IMG/VR virus record: IMGVR_UViG_3300008267_000004
Location: 64,001 to 128,000 of that record
DNA: 64,000 nt
From: a virus
Strand: one strand, 5' to 3'
This document shows, one piece after another, positions 29,668 to 38,584 of this stretch; position 1 is the stretch's first letter; every line of letters starts with the position of its first letter. A program made the position numbers and the translations under genes. Under the pieces are notes generated by a model. The model was not told where the DNA came from and did not search any database. It saw only the letters and a list, made by a program, of their open reading frames with translations.

Positions 29668-29724
29668 ATTATATCACGGGCTGATTGTGAAGTCAACCCC
29701 TTTTTATACTGCACCGATAGAGTA
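29668..29724 (-). promoter_or_regulatory. sigma70 promoter with upstream TACTCTATC box
   Basis: TTGACT (29696-29691)-17 bp-TATAAT (29673-29668); box at 29724-29716. Confidence 0.85.
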
Positions 29725-29897
29725 GACACTTGCGCCTTATCCTATACCCCCTACTATATCGGTAGGATAGTGGCACCCTATGCGTAGAGCTATACTGGTG
29801 GAATACTACTCCCACATAGCAAATTCATCAGGTTGTATTGACATATCCGAGCAGCCCATATATAACCTAAATACCTTTTTTATGTCATTTTTTTCTA

Positions 29898-30179
29898 TTA
29901 GCCTATATACAGCAGGATATGCCGTATCTCTCCTATCTCCATTCCCCTATCTATTCCCCCCTCAACCAACTCATAAAACAATTGCAGCGATGATTCCGTT
30001 ATACACTCATAACTTCCATAATCTCTCTCCCTCTCTACATCTACATAATAGTATCTTGTTTGCAACGCTGTAGTCATTAACTGGTTAACACCTGTTGGTA
30101 TCAGGTAAGCTGGATATGGTGATGCTTTATTACTTGGTTTTCTTTTGTATATCCTCCCAAGCTTAATCATTCTTGCCAC
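29898..30179 (-). CDS. SH3-like array protein
   Basis: IKLGRIYKRK...YYYVD. Confidence 0.6.
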   Translation of the reverse strand: MARMIKLGRIYKRKPSNKASPYPAYLIPTGVNQLMTTALQTRYYYVDVERERDYGSYECITESSLQLFYELVEGGIDRGMEIGEIRHILLYIG

Positions 30180-30418
30180 TCACCTTCTTCTATAACCTTA
30201 TAGAACGATGTGATATCATACTCGCTTATAGGTCTCCCCGATACAGATGCATAACCTATATCGTAGTATCTATACATTGTCATATAATATTCTTTTTGTC
30301 GATATACTTTATGTGTTAATATCATGTATCTTGGAAATGTTGCAATTGCTGAATAGTTCTCTAATGACTTTAACTTATATACCTTCCCTAGATATACTTT
30401 TTCTTTTGTCATTCCCAA
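30167..30418 (-). CDS. SH3-like array protein
   Basis: VYLGKVYKLK...YRYYD. Confidence 0.6.
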   Translation of the reverse strand: MGMTKEKVYLGKVYKLKSLENYSAIATFPRYMILTHKVYRQKEYYMTMYRYYDIGYASVSGRPISEYDITSFYKVIEEGEWQE

Positions 30419-30612
30419 AAACTATCCTCCATGAGTCTCCATCTTGTTATAAACTCGCCTAGCTTCATTATTGCATAGTTACCAGTTTCAATCACATTAT
30501 ACTTAACAAACTGCGCCTCTATTATGTTGATAAACTCGGTTGGGACGATGTACTCATTTGTTTTTAAGCTCTTGTATATCCTACCAAGTTTTACCACTGT
30601 TGTCTCCAGCAT
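30409..30612 (-). CDS. SH3-like array protein
   Basis: VKLGRIYKS. Confidence 0.6.
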   Translation of the reverse strand: MLETTVVKLGRIYKSLKTNEYIVPTEFINIIEAQFVKYNVIETGNYAIMKLGEFITRWRLMEDSFWE

Positions 30613-30840
30613 TTAAACATCATCCTCAACCAACTGGTAATGGAAATACAGATCCACATGGGATATATATGCAATTGATTCCTTGTCCTTGTCTATCCTG
30701 TGATATGAATATCTTTTGTTACCCATTCTATCGCCTACTGAGTAGTCGCCTGTTATCAGGACATATTCTGGATATATACTTTGTTGATTGGGGTTTCTTT
30801 TGTATATCCTGCCTATCTTGATTTTTTCTTTCTTGTCCAT
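30613..30840 (-). CDS. SH3-like array protein
   Basis: IKIGRIYKRN; close to 29898-30179. Confidence 0.6.
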   Translation of the reverse strand: MDKKEKIKIGRIYKRNPNQQSIYPEYVLITGDYSVGDRMGNKRYSYHRIDKDKESIAYISHVDLYFHYQLVEDDV

Positions 30841-31072
30841 CTAGTTCTTCCTCAATTAATTTTATCCACTCTCCCAATTCAATTGCAGTTTCCTCCACAT
30901 ATTTTGGATCACCGTGTTTCTGTTCTGCATCTGCTCTATTGTTCATCCATACAAACTCTACAAACTTTCCTTGTTCTTCTTGTCTAAACCCCGTTACACA
31001 ATATATGTCTGGAGGTCTTTTTTGATCAAGGATGTTTATATAAAGTTTTCCTATCTCTATTTTATTTCCCAT
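30728..31072 (-). CDS. SH3-like array protein
   Basis: IEIGKLYIN. Confidence 0.6.
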   Translation of the reverse strand: MGNKIEIGKLYINILDQKRPPDIYCVTGFRQEEQGKFVEFVWMNNRADAEQKHGDPKYVEETAIELGEWIKLIEEELDGQERKNQDRQDIQKKPQSTKYISRICPDNRRLLSRR

Positions 31073-31154
31073 TTAGCTTTTGCCTTATGCCATACTTCCA
31101 TAGAGATCCATGATTCTGTTGCCCTTATCTTATAAATCTTTCCTAGTTTTATTT

Positions 31155-31637
31155 TCATGTCTCTCTCATATAATTTATGACCATCTCCAATTCCTCTAGG
31201 GTTGCATTGTTCTTTAATGCATTTGCCCTATAGCTTATAACTTTAATATTTCCTTTAATGTATCCTTTGTTATTGTCTACGCGATCCAAGGTTGGAAGAT
31301 TGGGTGAGTTTTTTGTTATTGCATCTGGGTTCTTTTCGATCTTGATTCCTAATACAGGGCAATACTCTGGAATGTTTATATCTTCTTTTGTGATATTGAA
31401 TTCAATATTTTTCTCTTTTGATCTTGTCTTTGCTTTTGTTAGCATTGTAGATACCCAACCACCTTTTGTTGACAAGGCCCACTTGCGGTTATTTATCTGC
31501 TTACATGATTTACAAACAAAGTATTTCCCTACGTTTCCACTTTTTTTATATTTTCTATCTGTGAACTCTGAAAGATCTTTTTCTTGTTTGCATCCATTAC
31601 AAAATTTTGTTGTTTTGTTTTCCATTATTTTACCCAT
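31155..31637 (-). CDS. HNH-type homing endonuclease with N-terminal zinc finger
   Basis: CNGC...CKSC; CPVLG...PTLDRVDNNKGY..GNI.VIS..AN..KN. Confidence 0.8.
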   Translation of the reverse strand: MGKIMENKTTKFCNGCKQEKDLSEFTDRKYKKSGNVGKYFVCKSCKQINNRKWALSTKGGWVSTMLTKAKTRSKEKNIEFNITKEDINIPEYCPVLGIKIEKNPDAITKNSPNLPTLDRVDNNKGYIKGNIKVISYRANALKNNATLEELEMVINYMRET

Positions 31638-31846
31638 TTAGTTACTAACTTCCAATGACCTATATAATCTATATCTGATCCGTGTGATGGTTCAAACATT
31701 CTACCATTTATTCCTTCAACTGGTTTTCCGCCAACAACTGTAAATGCTACATAATATCCACCAGCAGCATTTCTATCCTCTATTACCTCATCAACTAGTA
31801 CATATTCACAATTGCTTGCTCGATAGATTCTACCCGGTATTAACAT
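31625..31846 (-). CDS. SH3-like array protein
   Basis: LIPGRIYRA. Confidence 0.6.
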   Translation of the reverse strand: MLIPGRIYRASNCEYVLVDEVIEDRNAAGGYYVAFTVVGGKPVEGINGRMFEPSHGSDIDYIGHWKLVTKWVK

Positions 31847-32045
31847 TTTCCACCAACCCGTATCCGTCTATAAAACCTTTTACTGTTATATAACCATCAT
31901 GCTTGGGATCGTCTAAGCGGACAACATGAATCATATGAGAGTCTCTCATGTATTCAGTTGGAACGACATAATCATCACCTTGCCATCTTCTATTTTTATA
32001 TATCTTTCCGAACTTTATCTGTTTCACCAGATCCTTGTTCTTCAT
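31830..32045 (-). CDS. SH3-like array protein
   Basis: IKFGKIYKN...VVRLDDP. Confidence 0.6.
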   Translation of the reverse strand: MKNKDLVKQIKFGKIYKNRRWQGDDYVVPTEYMRDSHMIHVVRLDDPKHDGYITVKGFIDGYGLVENVNTG

Positions 32046-32214
32046 CTGTTAATTCCCAATCACTAAAGATATGCTTTGGAGAACAAAATTCCTCATGTGT
32101 CCAATCTAATTCAATATAGGTTATATACGATTCATTTACGCCAGTTATTACTATAACTTCATTTTTGTTTTGATTACAGTACAACCTTCCTTCCTTAAAA
32201 TCCTGTTTCGGCAT
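31996..32214 (-). CDS. SH3-like array protein
   Basis: FKEGRLYCN...ITYIELD. Confidence 0.6.
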   Translation of the reverse strand: MPKQDFKEGRLYCNQNKNEVIVITGVNESYITYIELDWTHEEFCSPKHIFSDWELTDEEQGSGETDKVRKDI

Positions 32215-32401
32215 TTAATTCATTCATCCCATCTTTAAATGCTGCTGTATTCCAAGTGCAGTGTTCATCTGGTTCATCTAGGTAAAAAAATTCGATTAAG
32301 ACTTCATGCTTTACTCTTCTTTTGCCAGTTACAACAACAACATCATCTTCATGTAAATATGGCTTACAACGAGTATACAGTTTACCTATTTGTATTTTCA
32401 T
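32195..32401 (-). CDS. SH3-like array protein
   Basis: IQIGKLYTR...FFYLDEP. Confidence 0.6.
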   Translation of the reverse strand: MKIQIGKLYTRCKPYLHEDDVVVVTGKRRVKHEVLIEFFYLDEPDEHCTWNTAAFKDGMNELNAETGF

Positions 32402-32612
32402 GTTGAATATCTTTCCAATACATCTTAGCTAACCCTAATGCTCCTTCAACTACAGGAAAATCAGGTCTGTTAATATGATGATACCAAACTGAATCGGAGA
32501 TTTCTTCTATGTTATCAACAACGACAACATCATTTTTAATTGGCTCAATATACAAACGTCCCGGCTCAATCTTCTTGACCATTACAAATCTCGTAATATT
32601 GTGTAAACTCAT
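32382..32612 (-). CDS. SH3-like array protein
   Basis: IEPGRLYIE...YHHINRP. Confidence 0.6.
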   Translation of the reverse strand: MSLHNITRFVMVKKIEPGRLYIEPIKNDVVVVDNIEEISDSVWYHHINRPDFPVVEGALGLAKMYWKDIQHENTNR

Positions 32613-32775
32613 ATAGATTAAAAAATGCTTCGTAACCCAAATGGACTATATGACCCCATACTTTATATGCTGTGTACGTTGTTGGTTGTGTTGAGACAAT
32701 TTCTAAAGGTATAAAATATACTCTTGTGCATTTTTCTACTTTTTTTGTTACATATACCTTTCCAAATTGTATCAT
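32566..32775 (-). CDS. SH3-like array protein
   Basis: IQFGKVYVT. Confidence 0.55.
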   Translation of the reverse strand: MIQFGKVYVTKKVEKCTRVYFIPLEIVSTQPTTYTAYKVWGHIVHLGYEAFFNLYEFTQYYEICNGQED

Positions 32776-33017
32776 ATAAATTCCCTTATCTCTTCAACTA
32801 TAAATGTATCAAAAAAAGTTCTCATGTTTCCAATACAATTACTTTCCCTATTGATGTAATGATAGTTTATCCATCCACCATTTGCGATAGATCCTATCTC
32901 GTCAAACATAATATATCTTTCTTCTTCTCCGGCAAATGTATTTTCTGGCTTTTTAAACTTTAGTTTGTATATTCTTCCTAAACAGAGATTCATATTTGTC
33001 CCTCCACTAGTTTCCAT
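32772..33017 (-). CDS. SH3-like array protein
   Basis: LCLGRIYKLK...YHYIN. Confidence 0.6.
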   Translation of the reverse strand: METSGGTNMNLCLGRIYKLKFKKPENTFAGEEERYIMFDEIGSIANGGWINYHYINRESNCIGNMRTFFDTFIVEEIREFI

Positions 33018-33211
33018 TTCTGCATTTGAATGATTTCTGGTGTTATAAACATTATATGGTCTGGGGAGTTTAGATTGAAGCCGGAATAGAACTCTCCAAT
33101 TGCTTCTTTATTGGGAATTCCATCGGGATGATGATTACATATCAACACATATTGATTAGATATTTTATATATCCGCCCTAATTTAACCATCATAGACCTT
33201 GCATGTGCCAA
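32990..33211 (-). CDS. SH3-like array protein
   Basis: VKLGRIYKI...FNLNSP. Confidence 0.6.
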   Translation of the reverse strand: MAHARSMMVKLGRIYKISNQYVLICNHHPDGIPNKEAIGEFYSGFNLNSPDHIMFITPEIIQMQKWKLVEGQI

Positions 33212-33411
33212 TCTTCTGTTATTTCAAAATATCTGCTTCTAAAGATTGAAATGTTACAATGAAAATTAGATTCAAGTTCTTCTAGAACTGCAAATTGAAC
33301 TTCCCCACGTGGATAGATTTTTTTTACTATCACAACTTGTGGCATTGTATCAATTTGTGCGTTTGGTTTCATTCTGTAAATCTTGCCAACTTTTACTGAA
33401 TCAGTTACCAT
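33190..33411 (-). CDS. SH3-like array protein
   Basis: VKVGKIYRMK. Confidence 0.6.
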   Translation of the reverse strand: MVTDSVKVGKIYRMKPNAQIDTMPQVVIVKKIYPRGEVQFAVLEELESNFHCNISIFRSRYFEITEDWHMQGL

Positions 33412-33637
33412 CTTCCACCTCCATTAATTCAAATGTATCAAGTAATGTTCTTCTGGAAATAGGAAACAATTTATCTGGCTTATCTAATTCCATGTACCGA
33501 TATTGAGTATAATCTGGTCCATTTATTGCGGTGGCAGCTGTTGCATCCTCCATAAGGATAATGTATGGAGGATACAGGATATCTAATAGATCTTGAACAT
33601 CTTTTCTTTTTTTATAGACTCTGCCAAGTTTAACCAT
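33401..33637 (-). CDS. SH3-like array protein
   Basis: VKLGRVYKKR...YMELDKP. Confidence 0.6.
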   Translation of the reverse strand: MVKLGRVYKKRKDVQDLLDILYPPYIILMEDATAATAINGPDYTQYRYMELDKPDKLFPISRRTLLDTFELMEVEDGN

Positions 33638-33861
33638 TAAATGAATCCCATTACTTTTTTACAATTATCAAAAAATTCTTCTGGCATTGTTTGTTGAAAA
33701 TCGAGGTTTCTTACGTTTGCAACTTTATATCTTTTTGTTTTTACAACAAATTCTAATACAATTATGTATTCCTCAAATCCATTCATATACCAGACAGATC
33801 CTGGTTTAACCTTCATGCTCAACCCAATTTTTGTTAATAAACGCACCTTCCAGTTCATCAT
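33637..33861 (-). CDS. SH3-like array protein
   Basis: VKPGSVWY. Confidence 0.55.
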   Translation of the reverse strand: MMNWKVRLLTKIGLSMKVKPGSVWYMNGFEEYIIVLEFVVKTKRYKVANVRNLDFQQTMPEEFFDNCKKVMGFI

Positions 33862-34000
33862 TGTTATCAGTCATTCGGAAAAAACTAGCTTGTGTCCATC
33901 CTTCTTTATATAAATGAACCCTAGAAATAAACACAATTGAATTGTTTTTTAGACACTTATAAACTTTACCGGCTTTAAATTTGATCATTGTCATATTCAA
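33806..34000 (-). CDS. SH3-like array protein
   Basis: FKAGKVYKC. Confidence 0.55.
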   Translation of the reverse strand: MNMTMIKFKAGKVYKCLKNNSIVFISRVHLYKEGWTQASFFRMTDNNDELEGAFINKNWVEHEG

Positions 34001-34172
34001 TCCAAACGTTTTTAATTAACGAATAAGGAACCCATCTATGAATTGTTGGGTCTTTTAAAAGAACATATTCTAGATGGCCGTTTTTTTCATCTGTCACACA
34101 AACAGTTTCTTCTCTTCCAAAGAAGATATGATAATAAAATCCTCCTACCTTTATTTTTTTATCATCTGCCAT
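33975..34172 (-). CDS. SH3-like array protein
   Basis: IKVGGFYY...YVLLKDP. Confidence 0.6.
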   Translation of the reverse strand: MADDKKIKVGGFYYHIFFGREETVCVTDEKNGHLEYVLLKDPTIHRWVPYSLIKNVWIEYDNDQI

Positions 34173-34372
34173 CTATCCACCTGATCATTTTCATATGCTA
34201 CATGAATATTATCTGGTTCATCAAGCATATGATATTCAATTAAAGTATTTTCCTGTAGACGGCTTCTTTTTACATCGGTGATAACCATAATTGGTTGTTC
34301 GTCTGGATCTTCTTCCATATATCTTGAGAATTTAGTTCTTTTACGGTAAAGTTTTCCTACTTGGAATTCCAT
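34151..34372 (-). CDS. SH3-like array protein
   Basis: FQVGKLYRK...YHMLDEP. Confidence 0.6.
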   Translation of the reverse strand: MEFQVGKLYRKRTKFSRYMEEDPDEQPIMVITDVKRSRLQENTLIEYHMLDEPDNIHVAYENDQVDRWQMIKK

Positions 34373-34611
34373 TTAAACATCCTCATGTTTTCTTTTATCA
34401 ATACCCATTCACGTTCAGCGGTATCTTTCCATAAGAACCTCTCATTATTTGGTTCATCTAGATAATGATAGATATATCCATTCACAATATCATTTGGACC
34501 AAATTTTTCTGTTGAGAACTTTGTAACACAGATAATCTTCTTATCCCAATCTGCTGTATCGGGCCACAAGTATAATTTGCCTATTTTTATTGTTGTCACG
34601 CTAATTCCCAA
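34357..34611 (-). CDS. SH3-like array protein
   Basis: IKIGKLYLW...YHYLDEP. Confidence 0.6.
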   Translation of the reverse strand: MGISVTTIKIGKLYLWPDTADWDKKIICVTKFSTEKFGPNDIVNGYIYHYLDEPNNERFLWKDTAEREWVLIKENMRMFKWNSK

Positions 34612-34853
34612 TCGCTTTCATCTAGAAGAGAACTGTGTATATATTCTGCATCATTTAGAAAATAGTAATTATAGTATTCATACATTTCGTTATCAATTGA
34701 GTGACCAGCTATAACAATATAAGATGTATGATCTACCCCCGTTTGACGAAAGGTTCTTTTATAAACTTTTCCAATTTCTAATTTAAATTGTCTCATTACA
34801 CACTTCCCAACCACGACGAATAAATTTGTCGAATACAACGTGCTTTGTTTCAA
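34596..34853 (-). CDS. SH3-like array protein
   Basis: LEIGKVYKR...YYFLND. Confidence 0.6.
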   Translation of the reverse strand: MKQSTLYSTNLFVVVGKCVMRQFKLEIGKVYKRTFRQTGVDHTSYIVIAGHSIDNEMYEYYNYYFLNDAEYIHSSLLDESDWELA

Positions 34854-35022
34854 GATTGTCTAAATAGCTGTATATTACGGTATAATAGATGTTATTAGGA
34901 TGATATGTGGATCCTATCATATGTTTAATAACCTCTTGAATAAGTATATAAGTGTTTTTGTGAGTTTTGGACCTGTATATTTTACCGACTTCGATAGTGT
35001 GTTTTTTCATAGCTTGGCCCAA
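34783..35022 (-). CDS. SH3-like array protein
   Basis: IEVGKIYRS...YSYLDN. Confidence 0.6.
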   Translation of the reverse strand: MGQAMKKHTIEVGKIYRSKTHKNTYILIQEVIKHMIGSTYHPNNIYYTVIYSYLDNLETKHVVFDKFIRRGWEVCNETI

Positions 35023-35207
35023 TTACTCATAACGTGTACATTAAGCTCTACATCTGGATCTTGTATATCGTAGGCAGATGCAAAACGCTCACCTGCCCAC
35101 ATATCTACATAATCTATACAAACAACCATCCCTGTATGTTTATTTACATACAATCTACCAACCTCGAAAAAATCAACATTCGCCATACCAATCCTCAAAA
35201 TTTTCAA
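35007..35207 (-). CDS. SH3-like array protein
   Basis: FEVGRLYVN...YDIQDP. Confidence 0.55.
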   Translation of the reverse strand: MKILRIGMANVDFFEVGRLYVNKHTGMVVCIDYVDMWAGERFASAYDIQDPDVELNVHVMSNWAKL

Positions 35208-35358
35208 TCGGCGTTTGTTCGATTAAATCAGGTTCATGCATACATTGATATTCTACATATACATCGCCTTCACTCTTAAAGATTTTTAAGATTACAACAC
35301 ACTCTTCTGGAAAGACGTAGTTTTGATATGCTTTACCAATTTTGAATACTTGATTCAT
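35173..35358 (-). CDS. SH3-like array protein
   Basis: FKIGKAYQN...YQCMHEP. Confidence 0.55.
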   Translation of the reverse strand: MNQVFKIGKAYQNYVFPEECVVILKIFKSEGDVYVEYQCMHEPDLIEQTPIENFEDWYGEC

Positions 35359-35644
35359 TTACTCTCAACCAATCTTCATAACAGTGTCTGTAATTTACTG
35401 CTGTATTCCAGCTAAACTTACTAAAGTTATTACCTCCATGAGTATACCACTCAATTCGATAAACATCTCCTCTTTCCAGTTTTTCTATTATTTGTCCAAG
35501 ACAGTCTTGATATGGTGTCATTACAAAATCACCAATATTAACTTCTCTAGCTTTTTCCCAACTAGGTTTCTTCCCAATTTCTGTAGGCATCCTGATTCCA
35601 AGCACCATGGTTAAAATTTGGTTCATCAATATACCAAAAAACAA
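35333..35644 (-). CDS. SH3/KOW-like array protein
   Basis: VNIGDFV...LGQII...YRIEW. Confidence 0.55.
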   Translation of the reverse strand: MFFGILMNQILTMVLGIRMPTEIGKKPSWEKAREVNIGDFVMTPYQDCLGQIIEKLERGDVYRIEWYTHGGNNFSKFSWNTAVNYRHCYEDWLRVNESSIQNW

Positions 35645-35822
35645 TCTGTCTTAGTTGATTTGGCATTTGATCTAAAATTGATTCTACAACTAGATATCTT
35701 CCTGTTTCTCTATCTTTATACATCTTACCGGGAATTATTTCCCTTTCTAGTTGCTCAACACCATTATTTTTTTCTTTAACCAATTCCATCAATCTCTTAA
35801 GGCTTCCCGGTTGCATCTTCAT
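35562..35822 (-). CDS. SH3-like array protein
   Basis: IIPGKMYKD...FWYIDEP. Confidence 0.6.
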   Translation of the reverse strand: MKMQPGSLKRLMELVKEKNNGVEQLEREIIPGKMYKDRETGRYLVVESILDQMPNQLRQIVFWYIDEPNFNHGAWNQDAYRNWEET

Positions 35823-36012
35823 TTATTCTCACCCAAAATCCTGTCTCATTTAAGAAAAAAGTAAACAACTCTTCGTCTGGTTCTTCAAGATAAATAAACT
35901 GAAATCCTTTATCATCTACTTTGGTAATGCATATAACAGATTCAGACCCATAACTTCCTCTGTATAGGCAACCTACTTTGTAGTAATTTGTTGGATTTCT
36001 TTTAATCATCAA
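35797..36012 (-). CDS. SH3-like array protein
   Basis: YKVGCLYRG...FIYLEEP. Confidence 0.6.
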   Translation of the reverse strand: MMIKRNPTNYYKVGCLYRGSYGSESVICITKVDDKGFQFIYLEEPDEELFTFFLNETGFWVRINEDATGKP

Positions 36013-36205
36013 AATTTTCTAGTTCATCTATTTTATCTATCAAAACGTCTAAATATTCTTTAAATGGAAAACTTGGAGCGTGTAATCTAAATACTCTACA
36101 GATCGCGTCTTCGGTATTAGGATTTATAATATCCGTTATTACCAAAAAAGATTTTTCATATAACTTATCTTTTTCTCTGTATATTTTTCCCGGCTGTATT
36201 ATCAT
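36002..36205 (-). CDS. SH3-like array protein
   Basis: IQPGKIYRE...FRLHAP. Confidence 0.6.
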   Translation of the reverse strand: MIIQPGKIYREKDKLYEKSFLVITDIINPNTEDAICRVFRLHAPSFPFKEYLDVLIDKIDELENFDD

Positions 36206-36434
36206 TCCATGTCTCTTTAAAATCTTGTAAAAAAGATTTAACTGTTTTACCCATCGGATGTTTTTCTAAGTCAGAAACATAGTGAAATATTACCATATCC
36301 GACTTTTTTTCGGTTACAATAACATATTCTGGAACTGGTTCCATAGTGACAGGATCAATATATGATTTCCATTTTGTTGCATATATTTTACCCAGCTTTA
36401 TTTCTGCTGGCTCTCTTTTTTGACTCTGATCCAT
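36165..36434 (-). CDS. SH3-like array protein
   Basis: IKLGKIYAT...FHYVSD. Confidence 0.6.
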   Translation of the reverse strand: MDQSQKREPAEIKLGKIYATKWKSYIDPVTMEPVPEYVIVTEKKSDMVIFHYVSDLEKHPMGKTVKSFLQDFKETWNDNTAGKNIQRKR

Positions 36435-36601
36435 TCATCAATCACCTTTGAATTTTTATATGGTCCATGGACAATATATTTATTTTCTTTATTCATTTCT
36501 TCAGGTAGTTCTAAGGATGATTGTACACCTTTAGTCTCCTTATTTACATAAATATACCATCTCTCTGGGTCTTTCTCTTTATTGGCTTTTACTTTCATCA
36601 T
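36398..36601 (-). CDS. Hypothetical protein (not array family)
   Basis: Tiled ORF. Confidence 0.5.
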   Translation of the reverse strand: MMKVKANKEKDPERWYIYVNKETKGVQSSLELPEEMNKENKYIVHGPYKNSKVIDEWIRVKKESQQK

Positions 36602-36602
36602 T

Positions 36603-36794
36603 TCAATCCTTTACTTCAGTAAAGCAATTCAAAAATAACATTTTAGAAAACCAAGATTCTTTATCGTAAGTCATATATCTAATTTTATACATCATAACTT
36701 CATATGCGAATCCTTGCGGTAATCTTTTACCTTGCGAGATCACTACGACATGATTTTCGTTTTTATCCTTGAATACTTTTCCAATAACGCTCAT
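36603..36794 (-). CDS. SH3-like array protein
   Basis: VIGKVFKDK. Confidence 0.55.
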   Translation of the reverse strand: MSVIGKVFKDKNENHVVVISQGKRLPQGFAYEVMMYKIRYMTYDKESWFSKMLFLNCFTEVKD

Positions 36795-37002
36795 TTACTT
36801 CCCTTGTTTTACCTAGAAAACTATCATAAAGATCATACCTAATTTCATCTGACTTAAGATTATGTAGCTGAACCCACTTTAGGTTGCCATCCATATATGT
36901 TTTAAGAACACAATATACATCCAGCATACTCATCTTTTGATAATAAAAATGTCCGACCTTAAGTGATCTTTTAGCCATTACCATTCTCCATACCACTCGC
37001 AA
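36763..37002 (-). CDS. SH3-like array protein
   Basis: LKVGHFYYQ. Confidence 0.55.
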   Translation of the reverse strand: MRVVWRMVMAKRSLKVGHFYYQKMSMLDVYCVLKTYMDGNLKWVQLHNLKSDEIRYDLYDSFLGKTREVNERYWKSIQG

Positions 37003-37197
37003 AAAACTGAGACAGAATCTGTAATCATATGTTCTGGATCATCTATAGCATAGTATTCAATTATCATGCCTTTATATGCTTCAAAGATATCACTCACAAC
37101 CACAGGAATTGCCTCATCCCCGTCAACAATTATTCGATACATCCTACCGATAAGTGGTTCTTTTTTTTTTGTCTTTGAGACTATAATACTCCATCAT
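36978..37197 (-). pseudogene. SH3-like array member frameshifted in an A10 tract
   Basis: 220 nt = 73 codons + 1; removing one A from 37161-37170 gives MMEYYSLKDKKKEPLIGRMYRII...YYAIDDPE...GEW*. Confidence 0.65.
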
Positions 37198-37253
37198 ATT
37201 CTATCTTTTAACCGGCTTAATTGGAGAAATTGGTGTGACCGGAGCAACTGGAA

Positions 37254-37466
37254 TTATACCCATGATCCATCCTTTTTCGTAAATATATTTCTAAAATCAC
37301 TTACAGTTCTACAAAATGTTGGATAGAATGTCCCAACATCTGCAAGATTTGAAATATATTCTGCAAATACGGTAGATCCTTTTATATCGAGGATAACAAC
37401 ATATTTGTCATCTCCAATGTCTGGATCGTATCTAAACCAAAGTTCACCTATAGATGGAAAACTCAT
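37254..37466 (-). CDS. SH3-like array protein
   Basis: PSIGELWFR. Confidence 0.55.
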   Translation of the reverse strand: MSFPSIGELWFRYDPDIGDDKYVVILDIKGSTVFAEYISNLADVGTFYPTFCRTVSDFRNIFTKKDGSWV

Positions 37467-37689
37467 TAATCTTATCCTCTATTCCTCTTTTGGTAATTTC
37501 TTCAAAGCTCTTAGTAACTTTGTATTTATCATACGAGTTTGGACGCATTTGATGCAATCCAATATATGTATTATGATAAATTAATAATTCTTCATCAGAA
37601 AATAATTCTACTTCTTTATCAATAGCTGTAATCATTTCTTTAGTTAGTGACATCATATCCTTTCTCCATTTTTTGAAAAGTATATCCAA
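37444..37689 (-). CDS. Hypothetical helical protein
   Basis: Likely start MMSLTKE. Confidence 0.5.
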   Translation of the reverse strand: MDILFKKWRKDMMSLTKEMITAIDKEVELFSDEELLIYHNTYIGLHQMRPNSYDKYKVTKSFEEITKRGIEDKINEFSIYR

Positions 37690-37861
37690 ACATTACATCA
37701 GGTTCGTTTGTTAGCGGGAACCAATCACACATATCAAGATTTTTTTCAATCCAATAAACTTTATATCTATTTATATCGGATCTATAATCGGTAACAACAA
37801 AATGATTTGTATCTCCAATCATATGAGTTTGTTTTATTACATCACCAATTTTAAACTTCAT
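37640..37861 (-). CDS. SH3/KOW-like array protein
   Basis: FKIGDVI...YKVYW. Confidence 0.6.
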   Translation of the reverse strand: MKFKIGDVIKQTHMIGDTNHFVVTDYRSDINRYKVYWIEKNLDMCDWFPLTNEPDVMFGYTFQKMEKGYDVTN

Positions 37862-38123
37862 CGGTTTTCTCTTCTTCCTCTTCCCTTAGAGAAATATTTT
37901 CATTTGCTACAATCCAAAAATTTCCATCTAATCTAACATGAGTATGTTCTTGATCATATGCAGTAGATTCAGTAAAAACTTCATTTACTGCATATCCTTT
38001 ACTTTCTTTCTCCATCACCTTACCAATAGCGTGTAGTTCTTTTTCATTTTTACCTTTGTAATAAATTGTAAATATTGGAGAACCTACTTTTACATATATT
38101 GGCTGTTCATGGTTGAAATACAT
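37851..38123 (-). CDS. SH3/KOW-like array protein
   Basis: VKVGSPI...IGKVME. Confidence 0.55.
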   Translation of the reverse strand: MYFNHEQPIYVKVGSPIFTIYYKGKNEKELHAIGKVMEKESKGYAVNEVFTESTAYDQEHTHVRLDGNFWIVANENISLREEEEEKTDEV

Positions 38124-38376
38124 TTGGAACCTTTCTGTACGTAAAAGGATAATCTGATTCTGGAGTGTCTTTTAGGAGCATATCGTTATACTCAATTCCG
38201 GTATTCAAGCAATACACATCATATAAATATTGTGATTCTATGTTTAGCTTAACTTTAAGTACTGTTATCATCACAGAAGTTTGATCTTCGATACAGAACT
38301 CTTCAACCATATCGCCAACATTGAATTTAGGATTGTCGAACAAAGTATTTCCAGAATGATTCAGCATATAGTTCAC
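38107..38376 (-). CDS. SH3/KOW-like array protein
   Basis: PKFNVGDMV...YLYDV. Confidence 0.6.
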   Translation of the reverse strand: MNYMLNHSGNTLFDNPKFNVGDMVEEFCIEDQTSVMITVLKVKLNIESQYLYDVYCLNTGIEYNDMLLKDTPESDYPFTYRKVPNVFQP

Positions 38377-38584
38377 ACTCTTTTCCAGTTGCTATGTCAA
38401 TGTATTTGACTGTATGAACACATTTTTTAACTGGCTTAATCCTTGTTGTCCATTCTACTTTTTCAATATCTGTCACAGCAACTGAATTGCTATATATCTT
38501 ACCAATTTCAATTATTGCTTCATCATATTCATACTTAGAAAGTTTTGTTATCTTTCTTGCTGGAAAACCGCTTCCGTCACTCAT
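38327..38584 (-). CDS. SH3-like array protein
   Basis: IEIGKIYSN...VKYIDI. Confidence 0.55.
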   Translation of the reverse strand: MSDGSGFPARKITKLSKYEYDEAIIEIGKIYSNSVAVTDIEKVEWTTRIKPVKKCVHTVKYIDIATGKECELYAESFWKYFVRQS

